Shown piece by piece: positions 1-13,420 of a stretch of 64,000 nucleotides of DNA. The DNA lies in NCBI RefSeq assembly GCF_009914755.1, contig NC_060929.1. The stretch is one strand, 5' to 3'. Within the stretch, counting starts at the first letter, position 1; every line of letters begins with the position of its first letter. Below the pieces are notes generated by a model. The model was not told the DNA's origin. It saw nothing but the letters and a program-made list of their open reading frames with translations, and ran no database searches. Made by a program: the position numbers and the translations under genes. Origin of the DNA: the human T2T-CHM13v2.0 reference genome, Homo sapiens.

Positions 1-416
1 GGTCATTTCTTTTAAATGAATTAAACACTGTGTGGTGAGCCAGTGTACTGGATTAATTCCCTTTTGTACTAATGCACTGACCCTTTGCTTCAAAGGCAGA
101 GCCTGGATGGCCACTAAGATTCTTCAATCTGTGACCTTGGCTTAATAGGGACAAATTGAATTTCCCACAAAGAGAAAAATGATAGTGACCATAGAACATC
201 ACTAACAATGTGCTGGAAATACTACATGTTTTATTGAAATTCTTCACTGCAGCTCCTAGGGTTGTAAGAATAAAGACTGTGATAACCTCACCTAACCTAA
301 CTCATATCACTTAGTCTACTGTTCTCTTTCCACTCCCCTCCCCTTCCTTTCCTTCTCTTCCCTTTCCCCTTCCATTCCCTTCTTTATTTTTCTTCCAGAA
401 AGCAGTTTGACATACA

Positions 417-1751
417 TGGTATAATATGAAATACATTTGGTCTGTGTCCCTGGTTTCTGCCTAGAGCTCCTAATCCCCCTGGCATTTCCTGATAGGAGTA
501 TCTTTCGTTGTTCATAATAAGCCCCTTTGATACTTCCTGAGTTTATGCTAATGATTACTTAGGGTAGGGCCCCTAGATGGCCTCAGGATGGGGCCAGACA
601 CCAGAAAGACCAGGTGATTAGAGAATTAGGGGTTTGGAACTCTCAGCCCCACTCATGTATTATGTATCTCTGGGAAGGAGAGGGCTTGAGGTCAAGTTCT
701 ATAAAAACTCTTGAACAACACGATTTGATGAACTTCCAGGTTGCTAAACACGTGGAGGTGTTCATGGAAGCTCCATGCCGCTTCCCCCGTACCTCGCCCT
801 ATGGATCTCTTCATCTGTCATTTCATCTGTATCCATTATAATAGCCTTTATAATAAACCAGCAAATATAAGTGTTTCCCTGAGTTCTGTGAGCCATCCTA
901 GCAAATTCATTGAACCCAAGCAAGGGGTTGTGGCTATAGCCAGTTGGTCAGAACTATGAGTGGCCTGGACTGCTGATTGGCATCTGAAGTTGGGGGCAGT
1001 CTTGTGGGACTGATCCTTTAACCTGTGGGATGTGACATTGTCTCCAGTTAGATAGTGTCAGAATTGACTTGAATTAATAGAACTTCCAGTTGGTGTCCAG
1101 TGGAGAACTGCTTGGTGTGGGGAAAAATCCTCACATATCCAGTCACAGAAGAGTTCTGTGTTGAATGTGTTAAAGTGTACCCGCAGCTGACAGACAAAAT
1201 GGACTCCCTATAGCTAACTGAGGTGCTCAAAATTAAAACAGAATCAAGGGGCCATTGCTGGGTGAGGGTCACATACTCTGTGTTCTTAGAAAGATGTTGT
1301 GAAAGTGTCATAGGACCTCCTTTTCTACAATCAAAACAAACCAGTTACTGTTGTCCTGTATTCCATGCCAAGATAAACTGTGGCTGGAACCCTCTCCACC
1401 CCAACCTCCCATAGCTAGAAATATCTGACAGAGACTTCTTTGGGGCTTGGAAACCACACCATCAGGGCTTGAATATTTTGACCAGTCAGAACTGAACAAG
1501 TTTGAATCCTTCATTTGCATAAAATAGACCTGATTGAGAACCAGGGTGAGAACGTTCCCTGTTGAAGCCGGACCTTCCCTTTGATCTTTGGAGAGCACAC
1601 TCTCACTTGTACTGAAGGCTGTGCCTCCCCAATCTGCAGATTATTGTTATAGAAGGTACAGCTTACCCTTTTCCTCCAAAGATCTCATGATCCTTTGTTA
1701 ACAAGTGTGAGGTTAGAGTAAGGAAAAATGGTTTGTGTTTTTTCTTTTACA
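417..1751 (+). mobile_element. MER21-family solo LTR, interrupted near its 3' end by another LTR
   Basis: Starts tggtataatatgaaatacatttggtc and has AATAAA at ~853. MER21-like 3' end (gtgtgag...gaaaaatggtttg...ttttaca) resumes at 1704 after the nested LTR. Confidence 0.75.
1168..1703 (+). mobile_element. ERV LTR (LTR47-like) nested in MER21
   Basis: Inverted termini TGTTAA...TTAACA. Flanked by 4-bp near-TSD aatg (1164-1167)/agtg (1704-1707). Family name is tentative. Confidence 0.65.
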
Positions 1752-2439
1752 ATGTTTCTTTGAGCACATGAGAGCCTCTGCTTTCAGACCAAAAAGAAGC
1801 CTTCCAGACAAGGGAATGTTAGGCATCTGTGGCTCTTTCATACGTGACATTGTTTCTGAAACGTGATCACAAACAAGTTATACTATCTGAATAATGTATG
1901 TCGTTTTAGCGTGTCAGTGAAGATGCCAAATGAGAGATTCTACTGATAAAAGCATTTCATTTAGTTGGTCTTTAATTGCTCTGTATGTATGTGGCAAAAT
2001 ATAAAGGGAATGTATTTTTTGGATGGGGCCAATACAAAATCTTCCATAAGAATAAATCCTCAAAATGTCTGAATTTTAGAATGGATCATGACCTAGGTGA
2101 AATAAAACAATCTTCTGTTACACTCTCTTGACAGCCAAAATCCTGATTTGGTGGAAGTGGCCCTATGCCCAGATTAAAAAGCCACAGTCTCAGACTTCTT
2201 TGTAGTTAGAGATGGGCACATAACACACATCTGGCCAATAGTATATAAGAGTAGGTTACTTAGAGCTAGTAGAAATAGGACAGAAGAAGCTATAGGTGCA
2301 CATTTTGCTCTTGTGTGTTCTCCTGTAGTCGCTGGAACCAATTGGCAATGGATCATGAGAGAAAGGTGAAGATAATCAGCAAGTTAGCAGTGATGGTCCT
2401 CTGGGGCTGTCTTTATGTAAGCCGCCCACCCCCTATTCC

Positions 2440-2440
<1 letters not shown>

Positions 2441-2486
<46 letters not shown>
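2441..2486. repeat. (AC)23 microsatellite
   Basis: Perfect dinucleotide run read directly from the sequence. Confidence 0.98.
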
Positions 2487-2488
<2 letters not shown>

Positions 2489-2984
2489 TGCAAGCCACTA
2501 ATTTTCAGTTCTGTGTTTTGCACAGACAAATGTAATTTCTAACCGAAATAGAATATGGTATCACAGCTGATGAGAACTGTGGGAAGAGGTTCTTCAAGTA
2601 ATGGAATATAAAATGTCTCATTTCCACAATGGAAGAGGTGGAATAGTGAAGGCAGTTATTGCAGGCAGGCAGGTAAAAGAATGTGATCATATTAAATGGG
2701 GCCAAACATTTTTGTAGACTCTAGGAAAACAGTGCACTGACGCACACACAGAATGCTGGCATTTGCTGGACTTTCTTGTTTCTTTTAATAAAGCCCTCAG
2801 ACAGAGTACCTTATTCAAGAGACACACAGTATAAAAACAGATATGGAATAAAACATACTACTGAGATAGGTACTTTTGCTCAAGTCCTGCAATCTAAGTT
2901 GTTCGAGAATTCCGAAAGTTGGAGCCTTTTATTTGCTGGTATATATGTTTGACCATTGGAAAAGAAACCCAAAATACCATGTAC

Positions 2985-3330
2985 AGGAAAATAGAAGCTT
3001 AGTTCTCTCTTAGTAATAGTCTAGGTATAAGCAGGTCAGGCCTGGTATATGGCTTCATGTTGGCTTTCTATCTTACTGCTTCTCAGTCTCCAAAGTATTG
3101 TCCTTATCTTAAAGATCCCAGATGGCTCTAAACCATAGGAAGGGAAAGAGGGAAAGAAAGGACACATCTTTCCCTCTATAGCCATAATCTCAAAGTTGCA
3201 CACATTATTTCTGCAGACACCTCTTTAGACATAATTTAGTAATAGGACCATCCCTTACTGTAAAGTTTTTTATCGGGGCTCCTATATTCTCAGCTAAAAA
3301 ATCACGAATTCTATTTCTGTGGAAGATAAG
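2985..3330 (-). mobile_element. Old MaLR LTR fragment (MLT1J/K-like)
   Basis: Degenerate MLT1-type motifs (ttctatcttactgct, aagttgcacacattatttctg...cataatttagt). Confidence 0.4.
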
Positions 3331-3393
3331 AAGAACTGAAATTGGCTCCTTTGGTGTTGAAATGCCAACAGTTCTTCTACCCCAAATGGAAAC

Positions 3394-4195
3394 TGAAATG
3401 GGAAAAGTTCCCTTGTCCCCCTCACACAGCGGGCGATGGGGGAGTGGCTCACTTCCTCAGTGCCCCACTGCTCAAACCTCTAGGGAAGCATACAGACGGG
3501 CAGGCTGTGGGGCTCCAACCCCACGGCAGCGTCTAGGGCTGGTTTTTTACAGCTCAAGCCCCAGTGGGCGTGTGTTATATGGTGCTCTTTTAGTTTAGCT
3601 GTCCGTAGGCGGCTGTTAGCTCAATTGGACCCTGCCTTATCGGAAGACAGAGGGCATTCTGTATCCCAGGGTTCTTGCCTTGGTATACCGCAAGAATCAG
3701 ATCATGTGGGCTTGGAGAATGAGTGCAAGGTTTGATTGAGTGGAAGTGTAGCTCTCAGCAGATGAGGGAGCCAGAGGGAGATGGTTTTACCCTGGAGTCA
3801 GGCCGCTCAGCAGCCTGGGCTCTCCAACTGTCCCGGCCAAACTGTGTGTCATTCTGCCAGTCGGTGGCCTGCCAACATGCCAGTGCCTGTCGGTGCGTTC
3901 CTCTAGTCATCCAGCCGCCCGCATGTTCCTCCACTGATGTGCTCCTCTTGACGTCCAACCGCCTGTGTGTCTGCCTGCTAGGGTCTTGGGGGTTTTTACA
4001 GGCATTTCCAGGGAAATGCAACATTTGGGCAGGAAAACAAAAATGCCTGTCCTCACCTTGATCCGCGGGTACAGGCCTGGCAGTGGAGCCCTAGCCAGGG
4101 ACCATGCCCTCCTCTACCCAGCACTTCCCTTCCCCCATTCTGTATCATTTAAAGGGACCATGCCCTTCCCTTCCCAGCACTTCCCTTCTGTATCA
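3394..4195 (-). mobile_element. LTR1-family (HUERS-P2) solo LTR
   Basis: TG...CA termini with perfect 4-bp TSD AAAC (3390-3393 / 4196-4199). Reverse complement starts TGATACAGAAGGGAAGTGCTGGGAAGGGAAGGG, as LTR1 does, with the internal duplicated unit. Confidence 0.85.
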
Positions 4196-4759
4196 AAACC
4201 ATTATAAGTTTAGGACCATACCATGCTTTCTTTTTCTGTTCTAAAAGAAACAAACAAATGGGCTTAAAAAGCTCTATGTACTGTTCTTGTTCCCTTTGGC
4301 TTTATATTCAAAATTATAATGAAACTTTAATAAGATCACAATACATGATATTTGTATTTTGTGTTTCCATTTGGGGAAAAAAGTGATGGTGTTGGAATGT
4401 TCTTTGGCAATTCCAATGAAGAAAAACAGCAACACCTAAAACATCTTTCGAAGAAATTGAAGACTGGAAATGTCTCAAGGTTTAGTTCTAATTAGCATCT
4501 AAAATTGCTCTTCCTTGAGCACAAACTGAGCTGAGACCTTGCACTCTGAGACATTGCATTTTGTCTTGAATGAGATGGATTAATAATTCTCTACTCAATG
4601 AGTGAAAATTAGGTTTGTCAAACAGCATAATTGTTCTTAAATATAATTCATAGGTAATTGTTAAAGAATAATTTACTATTACTGGACTGGATGTTAATTA
4701 TATTCCTTGACTTGTAGAAGCATCCTATTAAATAGTGGAAAAACCTTTCTAAAACCTAC

Positions 4760-4989
4760 ATTTTGAGGAAAATAGGTAATATCCATTTTAGAAACCACAC
4801 ATTGGACAAATCAGTTGATTGAAACATTATGTAAGCAAATATGTTTCTACAGGTATGTCCACTGAGGCGTTATTTACAGTTCCAAAAACTTTCAAGCAAC
4901 TTAAATATCCATCAAAAGAGGAATGGTTAAATACAATATTGTATAGTTATCAAAAAATACAATGTAACCCTCAAAAGAAAACAAATCTG
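4760..4989 (+). mobile_element. Ancient L1M(E) 3' fragment, host of the L1PA insertion (continues ~7990-8148)
   Basis: Degenerate L1 3' motifs (ttaaatatccatcaaaagaggaatggttaaataca). Continuation atggaaagatctacaagatata follows the L1PA tail. Confidence 0.55.
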
Positions 4990-7985
4990 CAGAGTAGGAC
5001 TGAAGGAGATAGAGACATGAAAAGCCCTTAAAAGTATTCAATGAATCCAGGAGCTGGTTTTTTGAAAAGATTAACAAAATAGATAGACTACAAGCCAGAC
5101 TAATAAAGAAGAAAAGAGAGAAGAATCAAACACAATAGAAAATGATAAAGGGGATATCACCACTGATCCCACAGAAATACAAACTACCATCAGAGAATAC
5201 TATAAACACCTCTATGCAAATAAACTAGAAAATCTAGAAGAAATGGATAAATTCCTGAACACATACCCCCTCCCAAGACTAAACCAGGAAGAAGCTGAAT
5301 CCCTGAATAGACCAGTAACAATTTCTGAAATTGAGGCAGTAATTAATAGCCGACCAACCAGAAAAAGCCCAGGACCAGACAGATTCACAGCCTAATTCTA
5401 CCAGAGGTAAAAAGAGGAGCTAGTGCCATTCCTTCTGAAACTATTCCAAACAATAGAAAAAGAGGGACTCCTCCCTAACTCATTTTATGAGGCCAGCATC
5501 ATCCTGTTACCTGGCAGAGACACAACAAAACAAGAAAATTTCAGGCCAATATCCCTGATGAACATCGATGCAAAAATCCTCAATAAAATACTGGCAAAGC
5601 GAATCCAGCAGCACATCAAAAAGCTTATCCATCATGATCAAGTCAGCTTCATCTCTGGGATGCAAGACTGGTTCAACATACACAAGTCAATAAACGTAAT
5701 CCATCACATAAACAGAACCAAAGACAAAAACCACCTGATTATCTCAATAGATGCAGAAAAGGCCTCTGATAAAATTCAACACTGCTTCATACTAAAAACT
5801 CTCAATAAACTAGGTATTGATGGAACATATTTCAAAATAATAAGAGCTATTTATGGCAAACAAACAGCCAATATCATACTGAATGGGCAAAAGCTGGAAG
5901 CATTCCCTTTGAAAACTGGCACAAGACAGGGATGCCCTCTCTCACCGCTCCTATTCAACATAGTGTTGGAAGTTCTGGCCAAGGCAATCAGGCAAGAAAA
6001 AGAAATAAAGGGTATTCAGATAGGAAGAGGGGTAGCCAAATTGTCTCTGTTTGCAGATGACATGATTGTATATTTAGAAAACCCCATTATCTCAGCCCAA
6101 AATACCCTTTAGCTGTTAAGCAATTTCAGCAGTCTCAGGATATGAAATCAATGTGCAAAAATCACAAGCATTCCTATATACCAATAACAGACAAACAGAG
6201 AGCCAAATCACGAGTGAACTCCATTCACAATTGCTACAAAAAGAATAAAATACCTAGGAATACAACTTATAAGGGATGTGAAGGACCTCTTCAAGAAGAA
6301 CTACCAACCACTGCTCAAGGAAATAAGAGAGGACACAAACAAATGGAAAAACATTCCATGCTCATGGATAGGAAGAATCAATATTGTGAAAATAGCCATA
6401 TTGCCCAAAGTAATTTATAGATTCAGTCCTATTCCCATCATGCTACCATTGACTTTTTTCATAGAATTAAAAATACCTTAAATTTCATATGGAACCAAAA
6501 TAGAGCCCGTATAGCCAAGACAATCCTAAGCAAAAAGAACAAAGCTGGAGGCATCACGCTACCTGACTTCAAGCTATACTCCAAGGCTACAGTAACCAAA
6601 ATAGCATGGTACTGGTACCAAAACAGACAGACCAATGGAACAGAACAGAGACCTTAGAAATAACGCCACACATCTATAACCATCTCATCTTTGACAATCC
6701 TGACAAAAACAAGCAATGGGGAAAGGATTCCCTATTTAACAAATGGTGTTGGGAAAACTGGCTAGCCATATGCAGAAAACGGAAACTGGACTGCTTGCTT
6801 ACACCTTATACAAAAATTAACCCAAGATGGATTAAAGATTTAAATGTAAGACCCCAAACCATAAAAATCCTCAAAGAAAACATAGGCAATACCATTCAGG
6901 ACATAGGCATGGACAAAGACTTCATGACTAAAACACCAGAAGCAATGGCAACAAAAGCCAAAATTGACAAATCAGATCTAATTAAAGAGCTTCTGCACAG
7001 GAAAAGAAACTATCATCAGAGTGAACAGGCAACCTGCAAAATGGGAAAAATTTTTTGCAATCTGTCCATCTGACAAAGGGCTAATATACAGAATCTACAA
7101 AGAACTTAAACAAATTTACAACCAAAAAACAACCCCATCAAAAAGTGGATGAAGGATATGAACAGACACTTCTCAAAAGAAGACATTTATGCAGCCGACA
7201 AACATAGGAAAAAAATCTCATCATCACTGGTCGTTAGAGAAATGCAAATCAAAACCACAATGAGATACCATCACATGCCAGTTAGAATGGTGATCGTTAA
7301 AAAGTCAGGAAACAACAGATGCTGGCGAGATGTGGAGAAATAGGAACTCTTTTACACTGTTGGTGGGAGTGTAAATTAGTTCAACCATTGTAAAAGACAG
7401 TGTGGTAATTTCTCAAGGATCTAGAACCAGAAATATCATTTGACCCAGTAATCCCATTACTGGGTTTATACCCAAAGGATTATAAATCATTCTACTCTAA
7501 AGACGCATCCACATATATGTTTATTGCAGCATTGTTCACAATAGCAAAGACTTGGAACCAACCCAAATGCCCACCAGTGATAGACTGGATAAAGAAAATG
7601 TGACACATATACACCATGGGATACTATGCAGCTGTAAGAAAGGATGAGTTCATGTCCTTTGCAGGGACATGGTTGAAGCTGGAAACCATCATTCTCAGCA
7701 AACTAACACAGGAACAGAAAACCAAACACCACATGTTCTCACTCATAAGTGGGAGTTGAACAATGAGAACACATGGACACAGGGAGGGGAACATCACACA
7801 CGGGGGCCTGTCTGCGGGTGGGGGGCTAGAGGAGAGATAGCATTAGGTAGGAGAAATACCTAATGTAGATGACGGGTTGATGGGTGCAGCAAACCATCAT
7901 GACACATGTATACCTATGTAATAAACCAGCACGTTCTGCACATGTATCCCAGAACTTAAAGCATAATTAAAAAGAAAAGAAAACA
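4990..7985 (+). mobile_element. 5'-truncated L1PA (about PA6-PA8) retrotransposon
   Basis: Continuous L1 ORF2 homology, 3'UTR with G-rich tract (7820-7830) and A-rich tail. Approximate TSD aaaagaaaaca(a)atct on both sides. Confidence 0.95.
5423..7670 (+). pseudogene. Disrupted L1 ORF2 (reverse transcriptase and C-terminal region)
   Basis: ORF pieces contain [52 protein letters not shown] and [14 protein letters not shown], broken by stops and frameshifts. Confidence 0.93.
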
Positions 7986-8148
7986 TCTATATGGAAAGAT
8001 CTACAAGATATAATTTTAAGTTTTAAAAAATTATAAAACAGTATGTTAAGTTTAAGTTCCTTTGTGTAAAATAAAACAGAAATCATAGATATAGTTGCAT
8101 GCAATCGTATGTATATGATATATGGAAGATTCTGGAAAGGTAAAGTGA

Positions 8149-8645
8149 CAGTCTCCAACTTACAATGGTTTGACAGCCATTGCTAGATGATTTTGCCCAA
8201 TTATAAGCGAATGTAAGTGTTCTAAGCACATTTAAGGTAGGTTAGGCTCAGTTATGATGCATTAAATACATTTTTAGGTCAGGCACAGTGGCTTATACCT
8301 GTAATCTCAGCACTTTGGGAGGCCAAGGCGGATAAATCACTTGAGGCCAGAAGTGACACCAGCCTGGCCAATATGGTAAAACCCCGTCTCTACTAAAAAA
8401 TACAAAAATTAGCCGGGCGTGGTGGTGTGCGCCTGTAATCCCAGCTGCTCTCAGGAGGCTGAGGCAGAAGAATCGCTTGAACCCGGGAGGCGGAGGTTGC
8501 AGTGAGCAGAGATCATGCCGCTGCACTCCGGCCTGGGCCACAGAGTGAGACTGCGTCTCAAAAAAAAGCGTTTTTGACTTACGATATTTTCAGTTTACGG
8601 CGGGTTTATCAGGATGTACGCTTATCATAAGTCAAGGAGCATCTG
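8149..8645. mobile_element. MER47/Tigger5-like DNA transposon (TcMar), split by an Alu
   Basis: Terminal inverted similarity cagtctccaacttac ... taagtcaaggagcatctg followed by TA. Confidence 0.7.
8277..8568 (+). mobile_element. AluS
   Basis: Dimeric Alu with central tactaaaaaatacaaaaatt and A tail. Confidence 0.95.
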
Positions 8646-8739
8646 TACAAGAAACTATTAATAATGCGTACAACCAGATAGTGGGATTGGTTGTACTGTT
8701 ATGAAAAATGAAGGACTTTTCTTACCTTTTACTGTATGA

Positions 8740-9075
<336 letters not shown>

Positions 9076-10334
9076 TAGACTTTTAATCTTAGATTTGCTC
9101 TAGTTTTCAATAGAAAAAAATTAATGAAAATCTATAAAAACAACTGTGCTGCAATGTATATTGTCTTTAAATACTGTTATTGTGCAGGGAGTAAATAGCG
9201 TAAGGAATTACTGAAGTAGGGACTACTTTGAATCCTGCTTCTTTTTGCTTGTTATTGACTAAGAGTCTGCTGTAGGACAAAACACTGTATTTGCATATGT
9301 GCTTAGATAACATTATGACTTGAGACTGATTTGTTCAATTGATACTGTTGTCCTGGAAGCACAGCCATTGCAAAAGGGCACCATGCTATCTCTTAGTAAT
9401 GCATTTAATATCTCACAAATTATTTTCCTTTCTTCTAAATTTTACTTGCAGAAAGAATTTGGGCTTAGTGAAATGCGTCCTACTCAGCAGTTTTGGAACA
9501 CATGGAGAAAAACAAGAAGTGCTTTTTCTCTTAAGCCAAATCTAATACTATTCCTTATAATGGTGCAGCCTTGGCCGGAACCTGCCAAGGAAGAAAACAT
9601 CAGTAATTCCTTTATCTGTAAAGTAAAGAGCATATAAGGGACCTGATATTCATTTTGACAACCCAGAAACTTTTTTTCAAAAAATTCTTATTTTATCAAA
9701 GGAGAAGTACCCAAAAACCAGAGTTCAAATTTGAAATGAGTGAGTGGTAAATACCATTTCTGCTAATTTTATGAAAGGAAGTATATTCCTCTTATGAGAG
9801 CATGTGGCTGGAATCTGAAGAAGCATGAATTTGAATCTGCTGTATAAAATCAAGAAGGCCCAACTTACCTAGCCTCTGTATGCTTTAGAGCCTCATAGGG
9901 CACAACAGAGAAGTGTTTATTTCACGAGAGGTTACATAATAGCCACACTTCTCATTCTGGTAGAAAAACAGTTACTGGCATCTACTATGTTGTAGGTCTA
10001 CTGGAGGAAGGGAAAAGACAGAAAACCTACTGTCTGAGATTTTATAATCTAGCAGTGGGGAAGACAGCACTTTTGCTGTGGAAATAATTCATAATCAAAA
10101 AGTTTTATGTCCATAGAATACATTATTCATTTGAGTCCTTAAGAAATTGAGAGCTGGTTGTGTTATTATAAAGACCCTCCATGCTAATGTGGTAAAATGA
10201 TTTTAAAGATCTAATTTGCAAACAGAAGAGCAAGAATTGCTGAATAATAATGACACTTATCATTGATGAAAAACCCACTCTGAGTTTCTTACTTTACAGA
10301 TATCTTTTCTAAACTTCCTATGGACCCTGCACAA

Positions 10335-10465
10335 ACGGAATTATTATTTTCATTTTGCAGAGGGAGCAACTGAGGCTGTATAAAGTTAGTGACTGAGTCA
10401 GGAATCAGACCTATGTCTCCCAGACCCCAAGCACAAGTCCTTTGAACCTCTGAGCTATAAGGCTT
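10335..10465 (-). mobile_element. MIR fragment
   Basis: MIR core: attattattttcattttgcagagggagcaactgaggct. Confidence 0.7.
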
Positions 10466-13099
10466 TGTAATCCTGATGAAGGGAAATGGAGATGGGGAGG
10501 GGGTGAAGAAAATCTTTAAATTCTTTTTTTTTTTTTTCCTCTGCAACACTTTAAAAAGAGACAGGACAAAAGAAGAATGCATGTTCTATATGCACATTTC
10601 TTTGCAGCCCTCTGATGAAGTACCTCAAAAGCTAAGCTCCCATCAATCCTGGAGAGATAGAATCAGCAGAGCATAGTGGCAGAATGAATGGTTTAAAAGG
10701 AACAGCAGCGACCAAAGAACTTTTTATGCAGAGAAACCCCAAATCTGGGGCAAAGCCCTCCTGTTCATTTTATCTCACACAAGGTAGGTAGTGCTGCCTG
10801 TCAAGGTAATGCATTACTACACTATTTGGAAAAACTACAGTTCTAATTAGATGAGCAAATAAATGTTCATTTCAATTTATTAATATAGCTGTAGGCCTTG
10901 TTACAATTTATCTCCCGGTTTTGAGACCAATCCATCTCGAGCTGGGAATCATTGTGGTGAAGTAACGGGTTTTAATAATGGATACAGGCAGTGAATTATT
11001 CAGGCAGAAGGGAGCAAGCCTTGATGCCTTCACTCACTTCTTTAATTAACTGTGAGATGCTGACGAGTCTGGGCTGTCTCGAGGCTTTCTAAGTTTGTCT
11101 GCATCAGAACTGTGAATTTTTCTTGGGCCATAGATATGTTGTGCTTTCAGGTCTATGCATAGCCAAGAAGTGACACCAGCTATCATATTCTCATTTTGTC
11201 TTCTTATATTCTGAATTCTGTGTCTGCTTAAATATTATTTTCCTGCAACTTCTTGAGCAACGAACATTTTTCTTGACAAAATGAACATCTTTGCTCTACT
11301 GCACTTCTGGATAAGACTTCAACACATGAAAATCCAAGATATTTCAATTCTCATATAAGTTTGGGAACTAATCAATAAACCACAAAATCCAGTTCTAGTC
11401 ACTTCAGTCCATTTAGCTTGTTTTAAAGCCATTTATTTTCATGGCTTAGAAATAAATAAGCTGCTAGAAAAGAATTTTTCCTCTCCATTTGACATAGCAT
11501 CAAACAAATAAACAAAACTAAAACTCTTACTAAAGGCAGGTTCCATTATTTGTGGAGCTTTGCAGTCTGCCCAAGTGGTTTCTGTAAACAAAACCTTTTA
11601 GGGCTTGTCACTAAACAAATGGCAGAATATGGCTGTGTACGTTGAATTTTCTTCTTTGCCTAACACAGATCTTCTAAGTAGAAAGTGCATCTAGCTCACA
11701 GTCTTTGCTCCAGTGTTAATCAATGGTTTTTGCTGTGAACACATTAATAACATGCTTAGATAATTGATTCCCCTTAATCTGGACGTTCTACTTTGCTATT
11801 ACCTGTGACCATGAAAGTTAAAAGAAAAGTGCACATAAGCTGTTTGACAGCAATTTATTTATGCTGTGACAAGATAGTTCCTCTTTCAATTTTGTCACAT
11901 CAGAGAGAAAGTAAGAATCTGGGGGAGGTCTGAGCTCACCACTTCTTGGTAGAAATTGAATCACTTTTTTCTATAAATCAAAAGTCATGTTAAAAGCTCT
12001 GTGAAGTAAACAATGATGTATATGAATTAGCAGCACAACCATAGTCAATACAAATCAAAGTGGCTTTATGAAGGTATTGATGTTTTCAGCTCTTCCTAAG
12101 GTTGAATACATTTAAGCGTTTATTCCCCAGGGCATTGTTGATCCAGATGAATGTATTCACTTTGAAACGAGACCATAGTCGCCGCTAGAGACAAAACTAC
12201 ATACACTGACCCAGATACGGTTCTTCCCCAGACCAAGTGACCCCAGCTGCAGCCGGAGTGCTCACAGTAAACTGAAATTACATGAATGACACCCAGGGAA
12301 AGACGCTTGTATTATAAAGAGGCTACATTTCTATTTGGTTTGCTGATGTATTAATTTTTCAAAGTTTGGAATCTCTTCAAATACAAGGTAAATGCATTTT
12401 CTAAGAATTTGGCCCAGTGGCACTCGTCTGGATGTGATAACCTGTTTTTCCTGTATCATGATTTAACTTAAACTACTCTTGTAAGTGACTGATTCTGTAT
12501 CTTCAAGTTACATTCATACATCCTGTGACTGGATATTGACGAATTCAGTAGGTGCCACAGGCATATCTTGCTTGTCTGAAAGGAAAGTTAATTTTATACT
12601 AAGATGCCACCATTAAAATAGATAATGAAAGCATTGTTAGGATTTACCAGATTAGCTAAAGCAACAAAACATCAGATTGTAACTAGATGACCTCGGGGAA
12701 AAACACAGGATGTATATTTCCACAAAACATCCCGCATCATTTGACATATTCAAAGTAAAGGTAAGCCATGTATTTTGGCCTTTATGTTGTTCACAGAAGA
12801 GTTCTTTGCACACTGGATATACATTGGAATTCATCTTCCTTTTCTTCTTAGTATGTTAGAATATCTATGTCTTCAAAAGGGTCAGCCTCAAATGAGTGAG
12901 CCAAAGGCACTTACATGCAGACCAGTACTTATTAGAAAGAACTGAGAAATGAAACATAAACTGATAAGTGAGTGCAAGTCATTCATCTTTTTAAAGCCCA
13001 TAAAAAGAGAATTGTAAATTAAAATGTCTACAATAGGTTCAACACCTCTCTCTCAGCCCCTCCCTTTCCTTTGTCATGCTACAGCATTCAAGTGTGGGA

Positions 13100-13420
13100 A
13101 TGTTTCTCTGAAACGTGTAAATCACACATTTAGTCATGCCATACCCAGGAGCACCGTACCGGGAGGAACGGGGAGGAAGGCCAAGGAAATTAAATATGAG
13201 TCCAGCAGTTTGTTAATGAAACATTTACACAAGCAGTTTATATGGTTGTAATAAAAAAGGGGGGCCTCTTTCATCGCACCTTTTCATTACTTAGCACAGT
13301 CTTTAAGAGGATTAATGTGGAAGGGGGGAAAAGAATGTGCTTATCAGTTGAGTCTCAGGATTGGTAATGCTGAGTTCTTAATAGATTGCCTCTGGATTTA
13401 GGATTACTGTGGTGCAAATT
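13100..13420. promoter_or_regulatory. Candidate enhancer in non-repetitive DNA
   Basis: Cluster of TTAGTCA (AP-1-like), ATTTACAC (FOX-like), GTAATAAA/TTTATATGG (posterior HOX/CDX-like) and two GGATTA (OTX/PITX-like) motifs, with several retained CpGs. Motif evidence only. Confidence 0.35.

Noticed and set aside
5423-6112. 229-aa ORF with an RT motif as a functional gene
   Set aside because: It is a fragment of 5'-truncated L1 ORF2 flanked by stops and frameshifts.
9320-9637. 105-aa ORF in non-repeat DNA
   Set aside because: TTG start, no recognisable domain or coding bias, and the length is expected by chance.
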